DNA of 64,000 nucleotides from an uncultured Gammaproteobacteria bacterium (GTDB lineage Bacteria > Patescibacteriota > Patescibacteriia > S139-126): positions 156,826 to 220,825 of the forward strand of contig CAZINS010000001.1 in NCBI GenBank assembly GCA_964540695.1, written 5' to 3'. Positions within the stretch are counted from its first letter, which is position 1; the number at the start of each line of letters is the position of its first letter. Position numbers and translations under genes: made by a program. Under the pieces are notes generated by a model that worked only from the letters and a program-made list of their open reading frames with translations, was not told the origin of the DNA and searched no databases. Below are positions 37,897 through 49,535 of this stretch, one piece after another.

Positions 37897-38694
37897 TCAA
37901 GACTTTACTGTCTGACGATTAAATTTAAAATATAGAATAATTACTATTAAAATAGATAACCCGCTAAAAATAATTGGCCAACGGATATCAAATATCATCA
38001 GCGCTGGATCCAAACGAATAAACTCTAAAACTAGTCGCAATAAAGAATATAGTCCAAGATAAAGCAAAGTGATTTGGCTGTCAAACCTTTTTTTCTTAAG
38101 TAGCCAGAATAAAACTATAAAAATAACTAAATTACCAATTGACTCATACAAAAAAGTCGGGTGAAAATAAGAGTAATCTATAAATTCAGGCAGACGGTTT
38201 TTCACAGCAATAAAAATTCCCCAAGGCAAATTTGTAGGTAATCCGTATAATTCCTGGTTAAAATAATTTCCCCACCGACCAATGGCTTGTCCCAAAGGTA
38301 ATACTAAACAAATAGCATCAGTCAAAGTCCATAATGACCTTTGCCATTTTTTACTATACAACCACAATACTACCAGCCCTCCGAGCCAAGCCCCGTGAAT
38401 AGCCAGTCCTCCTTGCCAAATTTTTATAATCTGCCCAGGGTTAGTAAAATAAAAAGCAGGTTCTACCAGTAATACCTCATAAATCCTAGCCCCCAAAATA
38501 CCACCAATCACCAACCAGAATAATAAATCCCAAACTTGTTCACTGGTCAAAGAAAAAACTTTGGCTTTTTTTAGTAAAACAAAAAAAGCAGCTAAAATAC
38601 TTACCAGCATCAATAAACCATACCAATGTATTTGGATAAAACCAAAATTGACTAAAATCGGTGCAGGACTAAAAGTGTGAAACCAGGAAAACAT
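37897..38694 (-). CDS. lgt: Prolipoprotein diacylglyceryl transferase
   Basis: IHWYG, GARIY, WQGGLAIHG, GQAIGRWGNYFNQELYG, HPTFLYE. Confidence 0.96.
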   Translation of the reverse strand: MFSWFHTFSPAPILVNFGFIQIHWYGLLMLVSILAAFFVLLKKAKVFSLTSEQVWDLLFWLVIGGILGARIYEVLLVEPAFYFTNPGQIIKIWQGGLAIHGAWLGGLVVLWLYSKKWQRSLWTLTDAICLVLPLGQAIGRWGNYFNQELYGLPTNLPWGIFIAVKNRLPEFIDYSYFHPTFLYESIGNLVIFIVLFWLLKKKRFDSQITLLYLGLYSLLRLVLEFIRLDPALMIFDIRWPIIFSGLSILIVIILYFKFNRQTVKS

Positions 38695-38704
38695 ATTATT
38701 AATA

Positions 38705-38783
38705 AATTTTATAATTTTTAATTTTTAATTTTATAAATATTAATATAATTTTAAAAATTACAAAATTACAAAATTAAAAATTT
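38705..38783. repeat. AT-rich quasi-palindrome of 7-8 bp units
   Basis: aattttat/aattttt units on the left, aaaatta(c) units on the right. Similar tracts at 27260-27297, 29085-29123 and 39391-39426. Confidence 0.5.
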
Positions 38784-38784
38784 T

Positions 38785-39390
38785 TTATTGTTCTCCCAAC
38801 GCGGCGGAGATGATATCACTCAATTGATTCCAATTTTGCACAATTTGACCATTAACATAAAAAGTTGGAGTGGCATTTACCTGACGACTACTAGCTTCGG
38901 CCATATCAGCCCGCACCACATCATTTTTTGCCCTGGAATCTAAACAAGCTGAAAAAGATTCTTTATCAAGACCTAAACCCTCAGCATAAGATACCAGTTC
39001 ACTGGGAGAAAAATTTGGCTGATTCATAAACAATAAATCATGGTATTCCCAAAATTTACCCTGGTCATTGGCACATTCGGAAGCGAGTGCCGCCCTAAAT
39101 GCTTGCGGATGAATTGTAGTTAAAGGAAAATGTTTAAATTCAAATTTAATTCTATCACCAAACTCACTGGTTACCCGCTTAACTGTATCTTGAGCAGACT
39201 TACAAGCTGGGCATTGAAAATCAGAAAATTCCTCTACTACTACAGTAGCTTCGGCACTACCTTTAAATGGTCTGCCACTGTCTACATTTTCATAAGTAGG
39301 GACATCACCCATACTTAACCAAATACCAATACCCCCAATGACTACTACTACCCCAGCGATTATAAAAAATAAGTTTGTTTTGTTATTCAT
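38785..39390 (-). CDS. DsbA family thiol-disulfide oxidoreductase, membrane anchored
   Basis: FSDFQCPAC, KHFPL..IHP.A, QGKFWEYHD, ATPTFYVNG. Confidence 0.92.
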   Translation of the reverse strand: MNNKTNLFFIIAGVVVVIGGIGIWLSMGDVPTYENVDSGRPFKGSAEATVVVEEFSDFQCPACKSAQDTVKRVTSEFGDRIKFEFKHFPLTTIHPQAFRAALASECANDQGKFWEYHDLLFMNQPNFSPSELVSYAEGLGLDKESFSACLDSRAKNDVVRADMAEASSRQVNATPTFYVNGQIVQNWNQLSDIISAALGEQ

Positions 39391-39426
39391 ATTTTATAAT
39401 TTAAAATTTAATATTTATAATTTTTA

Positions 39427-39801
39427 TTATAACATATCAGGATCTTGTCCTTGACTAGTGATACTGCAGGCCTCAACAGTAGGTAAATTCAATTTTTCCG
39501 CCATACTTCTCACAATATCATCTGCACTACCAGGATTTAAATAAATTTTTTTAACCGGATAATCAACCAGTGACTGTAATATACCAATAGTTAAATAAGG
39601 TGGCACATAAATACTTATCTCATCTACTTTCATAGGTAAATCTTCTAAGTCACCATAACATTCTAATTCACCTATTTTCGAAGCATGTGGATTAACAGGA
39701 TAAACTTTATAACCACTTTTTAAAAAAGCAGTAATAGCTTTGTTAGAATATTTTTTAACATCTCTTGAGGCGCCAACAATGGCAACAGTTTTTTGGGACA
39801 T
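39427..39801 (-). CDS. CoA-binding protein (YccU-like)
   Basis: VAIVGAS, VYPVNP, LNPG, VEAC. Confidence 0.88.
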   Translation of the reverse strand: MSQKTVAIVGASRDVKKYSNKAITAFLKSGYKVYPVNPHASKIGELECYGDLEDLPMKVDEISIYVPPYLTIGILQSLVDYPVKKIYLNPGSADDIVRSMAEKLNLPTVEACSITSQGQDPDML

Positions 39802-40781
39802 TATTTTGGTAATAAATAATTATATATTTCAAGTACCGCCTTTGCTCCTTCGCCGGCGGCAATGATTATTTGTTTTTGTGTAACGCTGGAAACATCACCA
39901 GCAGCATATATACCAGGCACCGAAGTACGATTACGTTCATCAATAATAATTTCTTTTTTACTGTTTAATTTTACCAAATTGGCAAAATTGGCACTATTTG
40001 GTTCATAACCAATTTCTTCAAAAACACCATCAACTTCAAGCCATTCTTCCTGTAAAGTTTTTTTATTTTTAATTTTTATTTTTTCTAACTTACCATCGCC
40101 GGCCATAGCTAACGTATCAGTATTATTTTTAATAGTAACATTTTCCAGTTTATCGATGGCTTCAGCTAAAGTAGTTTCCCCCCGAAAATTTTCATTGATA
40201 TTTATAATATAAATGGCTTTAGCAATTTTAGTTAGATATAACACTGCTTCCATAGCACTATTCCCCCCGCCAATGATAGCAATTACTTTATCCCGATAAA
40301 GCGGTCCGTCACAAGTGGCACAAAAAGTCACCCCATGACCAATCAATTCTTTTTCACCCGGTATATTTAAATTGCGTGGCTTAGCACCAGTAGCAATTAA
40401 CACCGCTCGCGATCTAAATATTTTATTGCTTTGGGTGGTTACAATAAATTCATTATCTTCAGGTTCTATTTTTATTACTGGGTCATTTTCTATAAGCTCC
40501 AAATCAAAAATGGCATTATCATCATCAATTTTTTTTACATGTCCATAAAATTTTTGTGATAATTCATAACCAGACATAAACTCATAACCTAAATAATTTT
40601 CTACCTCAGCTGACCAATTGGTTTGACCACCGATATCATTGGTTATCACTAAGGTATCAAGTTTACGTCGCGAAGAATAAACTGCTGCACTCATACCTGC
40701 TGGCCCCCCACCAGCAATAATTAAATCTAAGGTTCTGGCTTGTAATTTATCTAGGGATGGATGTAAATTATTATTTGTCAT
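39801..40781 (-). CDS. trxB: Thioredoxin reductase family flavoprotein
   Basis: GGGPAG, IATGA, CATCDG, GGGNSA, TSVPGIYAAGD. Confidence 0.88.
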   Translation of the reverse strand: MTNNNLHPSLDKLQARTLDLIIAGGGPAGMSAAVYSSRRKLDTLVITNDIGGQTNWSAEVENYLGYEFMSGYELSQKFYGHVKKIDDDNAIFDLELIENDPVIKIEPEDNEFIVTTQSNKIFRSRAVLIATGAKPRNLNIPGEKELIGHGVTFCATCDGPLYRDKVIAIIGGGNSAMEAVLYLTKIAKAIYIININENFRGETTLAEAIDKLENVTIKNNTDTLAMAGDGKLEKIKIKNKKTLQEEWLEVDGVFEEIGYEPNSANFANLVKLNSKKEIIIDERNRTSVPGIYAAGDVSSVTQKQIIIAAGEGAKAVLEIYNYLLPK

Positions 40782-40788
40782 ATGATTA

Positions 40789-41208
40789 TTAATCTAAATT
40801 TAAACCTAACTCGTTCATAGCTTGAGCAAAACTTTTTATAGCTCGCTCAGCTTCATTATTTTTTAATTTATAATTACTTTCATGAACTAAACGATTACGT
40901 AACAAATGAGCCGGCCAAACTTGACGTAAAGCCGGATAACGACCTTGTATTATTTTCAACCTCTCTCCTAAAGTCGATCCACCTATACCTTTGTGTTTCA
41001 ACAATCTATCAAATAAATTATCGGCTTCAATCACAGCTTGCCTTTGAGCAAATTCATCTTGACTTTTGGCTAATTGTTTTATTTTTTGCCAACTATCACG
41101 CCAAGTACTTAAATCAAACTCATCATAATCCATTTTTCCCCTGGAGGCAAAAATGACAATTAGTACTATTGTTACAAGTAACAATAAAGCTCCTAAAAAA
41201 ATTATCAT
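40789..41208 (-). CDS. Hypothetical membrane-anchored protein
   Basis: N-terminal TM; AVIEAD..., G.TLGERLK, AH.LRNRLVHE (contains an Rx4H-type pattern). Confidence 0.7.
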   Translation of the reverse strand: MIIFLGALLLLVTIVLIVIFASRGKMDYDEFDLSTWRDSWQKIKQLAKSQDEFAQRQAVIEADNLFDRLLKHKGIGGSTLGERLKIIQGRYPALRQVWPAHLLRNRLVHESNYKLKNNEAERAIKSFAQAMNELGLNLD

Positions 41209-42659
41209 ATTTTTGGTAAATCAATTTTTTCTCTAACCTCTTCCACTGCCAAACCAATTTTAAATAATATTTCTTCGTTAAAACGTGGTGCCATCAATTG
41301 TACTCCTATTGGCAAACCATTTATCATACCAGCTGGCACTGATAATCCTGGCAATCCCGCTAAATTGGCAGATACCGTATAAATGTCAGATAAGTACATT
41401 TGCAAAGGATCGCTTACTTTTTCACCTAATTTAAAGGCGGTCGAGGGCGTGGTCGGCGTCAATAAAACATCGACTTGAGAAAAAACTTTAACAAAATCTT
41501 GATAAATTTTGGTTCTTACTTTTTGCGCTTGTAAATAATAAGCATCCACATAACCAGCTGACAAAACATAGGTACCAATCAAAACTCTTCTTCTAACTTC
41601 ACCGCCAAAACCTGTCCCCCTAGTTTGAGCATAATATTCTAATAAGGTTTTTTGTTCACCACCCCGCTTACCAAAACGTAAACCGTCAAATTTAGCTAAA
41701 TTGGAACTTACTTCCGCTGGCATAATAATATAATAAACTGGCAGAGCATATTCTGTTAAAGGTAAATTAACATCAATTATTTCCGCTCCCATTTTTTGTA
41801 ATTTCTTAACTAATTGCATGATTTTTAACTTAACATCCTTATCTAAACCCTGCACAAAATATTCCTGTGGTAAGCCAATTTTTAAACCTTTAATATCGGC
41901 TGATAATTTACTATGATAATTTGTATCTTTTTTAGCTTGAGTAGTGGCATCATAATCATCATGACCTGCCAGAGATGATAAAACCGCAGCTGATTCAGCC
42001 ACAGTCCTGGTAAATGGACCGACACAATCAAGTGATGAAGCCATGGCAATTAAACCAAATCGAGACACCAAACCATAAGTAGGTTTCAACCCCACAACTC
42101 CACAAAAAGCGGCTGGTTGTCTAATAGACCCACCGGTATCAGTGCCTAAAGAATAAACCACCTCGCCAGCAGCTACCGCGGCGGCACTACCACCCGATGA
42201 ACCCCCTGGGACGCGAGTTAAATCATACGGATTTTTAGTAGAATAAAATGCAGAATTTTCTGTACTAGATCCCATGGCAAATTCGTCACAATTATTTTTA
42301 CCCACCATGACAAAATCTTGTTGTTTCAATTTCTTAATTACCGTGGCATCATAAACAGCGGTATAATCGTTTAAAATTTTTGAACCAGCCGTAGTCCTTA
42401 AACCTTTGGTCATTAGTACATCTTTAATACCAGCTGGGATTCCTGCCAGTAAGGAAATTTTTTCACCTTTGGCAATTTTAGTATCAACTAATTTAGCTTG
42501 TTTTTTGGCACCGGCAAAATCCAAAGTTAAAAAAGCTTGTATTTTTTTATCCAAACTTTCTATCTTAGTAATGTAAAAATCTAGAATTTCTTCAGCACTA
42601 ATCTCCTTTTTTACCAATTTATCGTGCCAAGAAAAAATTGTTTCAACAGATGTATTCAT
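41205..42659 (-). CDS. gatA: Asp/Glu-tRNA amidotransferase subunit A
   Basis: DEFAMGSSTE, PGGSSGGS, GTDTGGSIRQPA, SSNLAKFDG, EVRRRVLIGTYVLSAGY. Confidence 0.96.
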   Translation of the reverse strand: MNTSVETIFSWHDKLVKKEISAEEILDFYITKIESLDKKIQAFLTLDFAGAKKQAKLVDTKIAKGEKISLLAGIPAGIKDVLMTKGLRTTAGSKILNDYTAVYDATVIKKLKQQDFVMVGKNNCDEFAMGSSTENSAFYSTKNPYDLTRVPGGSSGGSAAAVAAGEVVYSLGTDTGGSIRQPAAFCGVVGLKPTYGLVSRFGLIAMASSLDCVGPFTRTVAESAAVLSSLAGHDDYDATTQAKKDTNYHSKLSADIKGLKIGLPQEYFVQGLDKDVKLKIMQLVKKLQKMGAEIIDVNLPLTEYALPVYYIIMPAEVSSNLAKFDGLRFGKRGGEQKTLLEYYAQTRGTGFGGEVRRRVLIGTYVLSAGYVDAYYLQAQKVRTKIYQDFVKVFSQVDVLLTPTTPSTAFKLGEKVSDPLQMYLSDIYTVSANLAGLPGLSVPAGMINGLPIGVQLMAPRFNEEILFKIGLAVEEVREKIDLPKI

Positions 42660-42937
42660 GAAAATATTTTAGGAGTCTTTAGTAAACCGTCTTTTTTTTC
42701 TGGCATAGCTGCTAAAATATCATTTTTATCAAATGAAACTTTAACATCATCAGTACGTGTTTGTGACTTTTCATCTAAATAAAACCCTGGTTTTATACCT
42801 TCAGTATCAACTTTTTGCAACGAGGAAACAAAGCTTAAAATATCATCTACCTGATGGGAAAATGACTCTTGCTCTTGTTTAGATAAACTAATACGGGAAA
42901 GTCTAGCTAAATGCTCAATTTGTTTTTTATCAATCAT
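42656..42937 (-). CDS. gatC: Asp/Glu-tRNA amidotransferase subunit C
   Basis: IEHLARLSRI, LQKVDTEG, RTDDV, KTPKI; overlaps the gatA start. Confidence 0.92.
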   Translation of the reverse strand: MIDKKQIEHLARLSRISLSKQEQESFSHQVDDILSFVSSLQKVDTEGIKPGFYLDEKSQTRTDDVKVSFDKNDILAAMPEKKDGLLKTPKIFS

Positions 42938-43003
42938 AATCTTATTTTAACAGATAACCAAAAAATGCCAACATTATTGAAGTTTGAATATAGAATCTTG
43001 AAT

Positions 43004-43032
43004 TTGACAAATTTTCCAATATTCTTTAATAT
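43004..43032 (+). promoter_or_regulatory. Promoter TTGACA-17-TAATAT
   Basis: Points into the gatC-ligA intergenic structured region. Confidence 0.65.
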
Positions 43033-43049
43033 AAAAACCTAAACTTTTA

Positions 43050-43125
43050 ACGGCGGGGCGCAATCTTCCGTGAGGATGAATAATCCTTATAAGATTGGCA
43101 CCACCACCCATGCCAGCCCTGCCGT
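43050..43125 (+). ncRNA. Candidate structured small RNA (three-way junction), family not recognised
   Basis: ACGGCGGGGC/GCCCTGCCGT closing helix, CAATCTT/AAGATTG, TGAGGAT/ATCCTTA and GGCA/TGCC stems; promoter before and terminator after. Confidence 0.55.
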
Positions 43126-43162
43126 ATATTTTGTTCTTTATCTCTAAAAAAATTTAAAAATT

Positions 43163-43185
43163 AAGCTGTCAAAAGACAGCTTTTT
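43163..43185. terminator. Bidirectional terminator (ligA and the candidate sRNA)
   Basis: AAGCTGTC-AAAA-GACAGCTTTTT. Confidence 0.75.
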
Positions 43186-43213
43186 AATTTTAAATTAAAA
43201 TTTCTTTAAACCT

Positions 43214-46077
<2,864 letters not shown>

Positions 46078-46108
46078 AACTTAATCCTATATACTTATTA
46101 ATATCAAA

Positions 46109-46705
46109 TTAAAATCTCTTATAAACTCGTGAGGAAACTGTAGTTTGTAAATTCTGAATATTTTTTTCCGCTTGTTTGATGGTAATATTCTCTGATACTA
46201 AAATTATAGTTACCCGAGGGGTACTACTTGCAGTAAAACGGTCATTGACAATAGCGTAAGGATCAGCATCGGGATAAATATAAAAATCTGATCGCAATAC
46301 ATTTACCCCTCTGGGGGTAACACTCGCCCAAGCCGAATCATTTTGTTTAACTGCCAAACAGCTAGTAGTACCTGGTTCACAAATAGCTGGTGATGAAGTG
46401 GTCATAAACACCAAACGGTTACCAGCCGGATCAACTAAAGGTAAATAATCAAGAGCCGGACTAAAATCAGTCGGATCAATAGCCGTATAATCAATTAAAC
46501 TCATTCTTATTTCCCGCGCCAAAACTTCCATCACAAATCTGGCATCAGCCTGAATTCTGGTCTCACCTACCAATTTGTTTTGGGTGGTTTGTGACAGTAA
46601 ATAAATATCCGTCAAAGCAATCAAAGCCACTCCAAAAAGTGCTAGTCCCACCACTATCTCCATCAAGGTAAAACCTTGTTGATTTTTTTTACTAATAAGC
46701 ATCAT
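46109..46705 (-). CDS. Minor pilin (PilW/GspJ-like)
   Basis: QQGFTLMEI, LAREIR, LQTTVSSR. Confidence 0.85.
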   Translation of the reverse strand: MMLISKKNQQGFTLMEIVVGLALFGVALIALTDIYLLSQTTQNKLVGETRIQADARFVMEVLAREIRMSLIDYTAIDPTDFSPALDYLPLVDPAGNRLVFMTTSSPAICEPGTTSCLAVKQNDSAWASVTPRGVNVLRSDFYIYPDADPYAIVNDRFTASSTPRVTIILVSENITIKQAEKNIQNLQTTVSSRVYKRF

Positions 46706-47318
46706 GCCAATTATATAAATTTTCTTCTAACCGATAAGTTTTGGTTTGACCTTTTTCTTGCCATTGCACTTGAGAAATAACTTTAATACCCACCGCATTC
46801 CAAGCTGCATAATTTTGACAATTACCAGCTACTACTACGATATTATTACGATTATTTTTAAACTGACACATGGTCACTCTGACTTCAATATTACGCCAAT
46901 AAGGTGTGATGGTACCGGTATTAGAATGGCTATAAACACCATCACTATCTAAATATAACCGACCGGCACTGATTCCGTTTGGTGTCAAATCAAGATTCCA
47001 ACGTTTTGTGGCTTTATCAAAATTTATATTACCATCGTAATCCGTAGTATTACTGGTAGTATTTTTTAAACCAAAAATCCATGAGTTTCCTTGTAACCAA
47101 TTTTCATCTCGGATATTTCTCACTACCTCTAAACCTTCTCTGGCCAAATTGGCCGCAATAATCTGGTTGATTGAGGTTTCATTACCTCGCAAATTGGAAT
47201 AAGTCAAAGTAACTGTGCCGGTAATACCAGTTGTTATAATCGCAATTGCCACAATCACTTCCATCATTCCTTGGCCCCATAAATTTTTACTTATCTTTTT
47301 CATACTAATTAATAACAT
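46692..47318 (-). CDS. Minor pilin (PilV/GspI-like)
   Basis: GQGMMEVIVA, AANLAREGLEVVRNIRD.NW, V.W, LYNW. Confidence 0.85.
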   Translation of the reverse strand: MLLISMKKISKNLWGQGMMEVIVAIAIITTGITGTVTLTYSNLRGNETSINQIIAANLAREGLEVVRNIRDENWLQGNSWIFGLKNTTSNTTDYDGNINFDKATKRWNLDLTPNGISAGRLYLDSDGVYSHSNTGTITPYWRNIEVRVTMCQFKNNRNNIVVVAGNCQNYAAWNAVGIKVISQVQWQEKGQTKTYRLEENLYNWHDAY

Positions 47319-47916
47319 CAGTAGTGGTAATTTTACCGGAAATCCAATTGATTTCTATATTGATACTGCGACCAGTGGGCAGATACTTTAAATTCACCCA
47401 CCCAGGGTTATAATCACCACAAGTGCCAACTTCGGAAGCACTCAGGGGTTGCACACCATTAAAGTATGTTTGTCCAGCCGGCACAGTAAAAACAATATCC
47501 ATAACACCATTATTAACTTTGGTTCCACAGGGATTTTCCGGATCATTCATTGCGGAAATTATGAACTTAGTGGGTAAATTGACAGTTTGTACGGCTTCAC
47601 CGGCATTGTAACGAAAATTGTAATTAGCGGTACCAATACTTTCACTAAAAATAATATACTGTTTACTACTACTAACAAAATGAATACCCCAATTACCAGG
47701 TATAGTTCCATTAGCAAGGGGCAAGGCTACCAACGCATTATTTTGCACACGTCTAATATCATTGGCCACTTCCAAAGCCTTAAGTCTAAGGGTATTAGTA
47801 TCATTACCTTGTTTTAAATTGGCCATGGTTATTCCCAAAATTATCAAAAAAATTGCCATTGACACTAATAATTCTGGTATAGTGAAACCATTATTTTTTA
47901 AAAATTCTTGCTTCAT
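47305..47916 (-). CDS. Minor pilin (FimT/GspH-like)
   Basis: NGFTIPELLV, WGIHF, SGKI. ATG at 47916 overlaps the pilD TGA. Confidence 0.85.
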   Translation of the reverse strand: MKQEFLKNNGFTIPELLVSMAIFLIILGITMANLKQGNDTNTLRLKALEVANDIRRVQNNALVALPLANGTIPGNWGIHFVSSSKQYIIFSESIGTANYNFRYNAGEAVQTVNLPTKFIISAMNDPENPCGTKVNNGVMDIVFTVPAGQTYFNGVQPLSASEVGTCGDYNPGWVNLKYLPTGRSINIEINWISGKITTTDVIN

Positions 47917-48698
47917 AGCTGACCTAAATACCATTTTAAAATAATCTCTCCCCAAAGCAAAGCGATAAAAGTACCAATCGTTAAAAAAGTACCAAACGGA
48001 ATTTGTTCACCCCAGTGTTTCTTTTTTAATAATACCATACCTATGGCTACGACCGCACCGATTATATAAGACAGCATCATGGCAACTAGTACCTGGGGCC
48101 AACCTAAAATCAGACCCATCAACACCCCCAAGCGTATATCCCCACCGCCTATCCATTTACCCTTGGATACTAAAAACTGTAATAAAAAAAACCCACCACC
48201 CAACATCGCTGCCAACAGAATATTCAAGAAATGCCCTAAAGAAAAATTCATTATCATTTGCCACCCTAAAGCCAGTACCATAGCCGGCAGAGTAATTTTG
48301 TCTAATATTAAATAGTACTTAAAATCATAAACAAAAATTATCACCAGCCATACAGTAAAAACAAATAAGCCAACTAAATAAACAATTTCTGGAAAATTTG
48401 GTAAATGAAACTGCGGACCAATAATATGCGTTTGGTAAATGATAACAAATAAAAAACCAACCAATATTTCAACTATCGGGTATTGCCAAGAAATTTTTTG
48501 CTGGCAACTGGTGCAGCGACCCCGTTGCCACAAAAAACTGATAACTGGAATTAATTCATGCCAAGTCAAGGTATGTTGGCACTTAGGGCAGTGCGAACGG
48601 GCTAACACAAAACTTAAATTATGATGGAGTCGATAAACCAAAGCATTGATAAAACTGCCAAAAAAAGTCCCAATAATAAAAATAAATAGTGTATTCAT
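47913..48698 (-). CDS. pilD: Prepilin peptidase (A24)
   Basis: GSFIN, RSHCPKC, GRCTSC, YPIVE, GGGDIRL, IPFGTFL. Confidence 0.95.
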   Translation of the reverse strand: MNTLFIFIIGTFFGSFINALVYRLHHNLSFVLARSHCPKCQHTLTWHELIPVISFLWQRGRCTSCQQKISWQYPIVEILVGFLFVIIYQTHIIGPQFHLPNFPEIVYLVGLFVFTVWLVIIFVYDFKYYLILDKITLPAMVLALGWQMIMNFSLGHFLNILLAAMLGGGFFLLQFLVSKGKWIGGGDIRLGVLMGLILGWPQVLVAMMLSYIIGAVVAIGMVLLKKKHWGEQIPFGTFLTIGTFIALLWGEIILKWYLGQL

Positions 48699-48761
48699 CT
48701 GAGGTTATTATAACATTTTTTTCTTATTATATAAAAAATATAAATTAATAATTATAATAAA

Positions 48762-48798
48762 AATAATCTTCCTTTAATTAAATAAAGGAAGATTATTA
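48762..48798 (-). terminator. Terminator after the major pilin
   Basis: AATAATCTTCCTTTA...TAAAGGAAGATTATT inverted repeat. Confidence 0.7.
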
Positions 48799-48818
48799 AT
48801 ATAAATTAACACTTAAGT

Positions 48819-49298
48819 TTATGGGAAAACACAAGCAGCAGAAGTAATACCAGACGGGGTCGCACAATGACTACCAGCGGCTAATTCCCCAGTAGCAGCT
48901 CCTAAACAAAAATTCAACTTATAAGATGCACAATCTGCAGCTGCACAAGCTGCTCCAGCATTTGTTTCTGATTGATACCAATATTGATTGGAGTTAGCTC
49001 CAGTTGCAGCGCAAGTACCGTCAGCTGGTGATGGTGCGGTTGGAATTGTAACCATAAAATTTGGCATTAAAGTAGTACTTCCCTGAATTGATGCCTCTGC
49101 TCCTAAAACCGGATAACCATTATTATCATTATAATATAATTCTAAAGCTGTTTGAATTTGTTTAACATCAGCAATTCTTTTGGCGTCACGTGATTTGGCT
49201 CTGGCATTGTTTAAAGAAACTACCGCTAGAGTTGACAATAAACCAATAATAGCAATAACCACCAAAAGTTCGATTAAAGTAAAACCTTTTTTATTCAT
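48819..49298 (-). CDS. Probable major type IV pilin
   Basis: KKGFTLIELLVVIAIIGLL, six Cys; own promoter, GAGGTG SD and terminator suggest high expression. Confidence 0.88.
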   Translation of the reverse strand: MNKKGFTLIELLVVIAIIGLLSTLAVVSLNNARAKSRDAKRIADVKQIQTALELYYNDNNGYPVLGAEASIQGSTTLMPNFMVTIPTAPSPADGTCAATGANSNQYWYQSETNAGAACAAADCASYKLNFCLGAATGELAAGSHCATPSGITSAACVFP

Positions 49299-49440
49299 AA
49301 ATTCACCTCTCTTTCTATATTAGTGAAAATGACTTTTGCCACAGGACAAGCCGCGGTAACAAAAATCATTTTATAGTTAGATTTTTAAATATTATTTAAT
49401 AAATCTAGCATATTTATGCCCGACCTTTTAACTATAAATA

Positions 49441-49469
49441 ATTATAGCACATTTTCAAAAAAACTACAA
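49441..49469 (-). promoter_or_regulatory. Pilin promoter TTGTAG-17-TATAAT with extended -10 TG
   Basis: Minus strand reads ttgtag...aatgtgc tataat. Confidence 0.65.
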
Positions 49470-49500
49470 GTTAAATTATTTCTTAATCAAATACTAAACC

Positions 49501-49535
49501 TCCTTAATTCTTAATTCGTTATTCTTAATTCTATT
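49501..49535. repeat. 7-bp-period repeat directly after the pilC stop
   Basis: tcc ttaattc ttaattc gttattc ttaattc ta; matches ileS 22617-22649. Confidence 0.85.

Noticed and set aside
41205-42937. gatB missing from the gatC-gatA locus
   Set aside because: Split gat loci are common; absence from this window says nothing about the genome.
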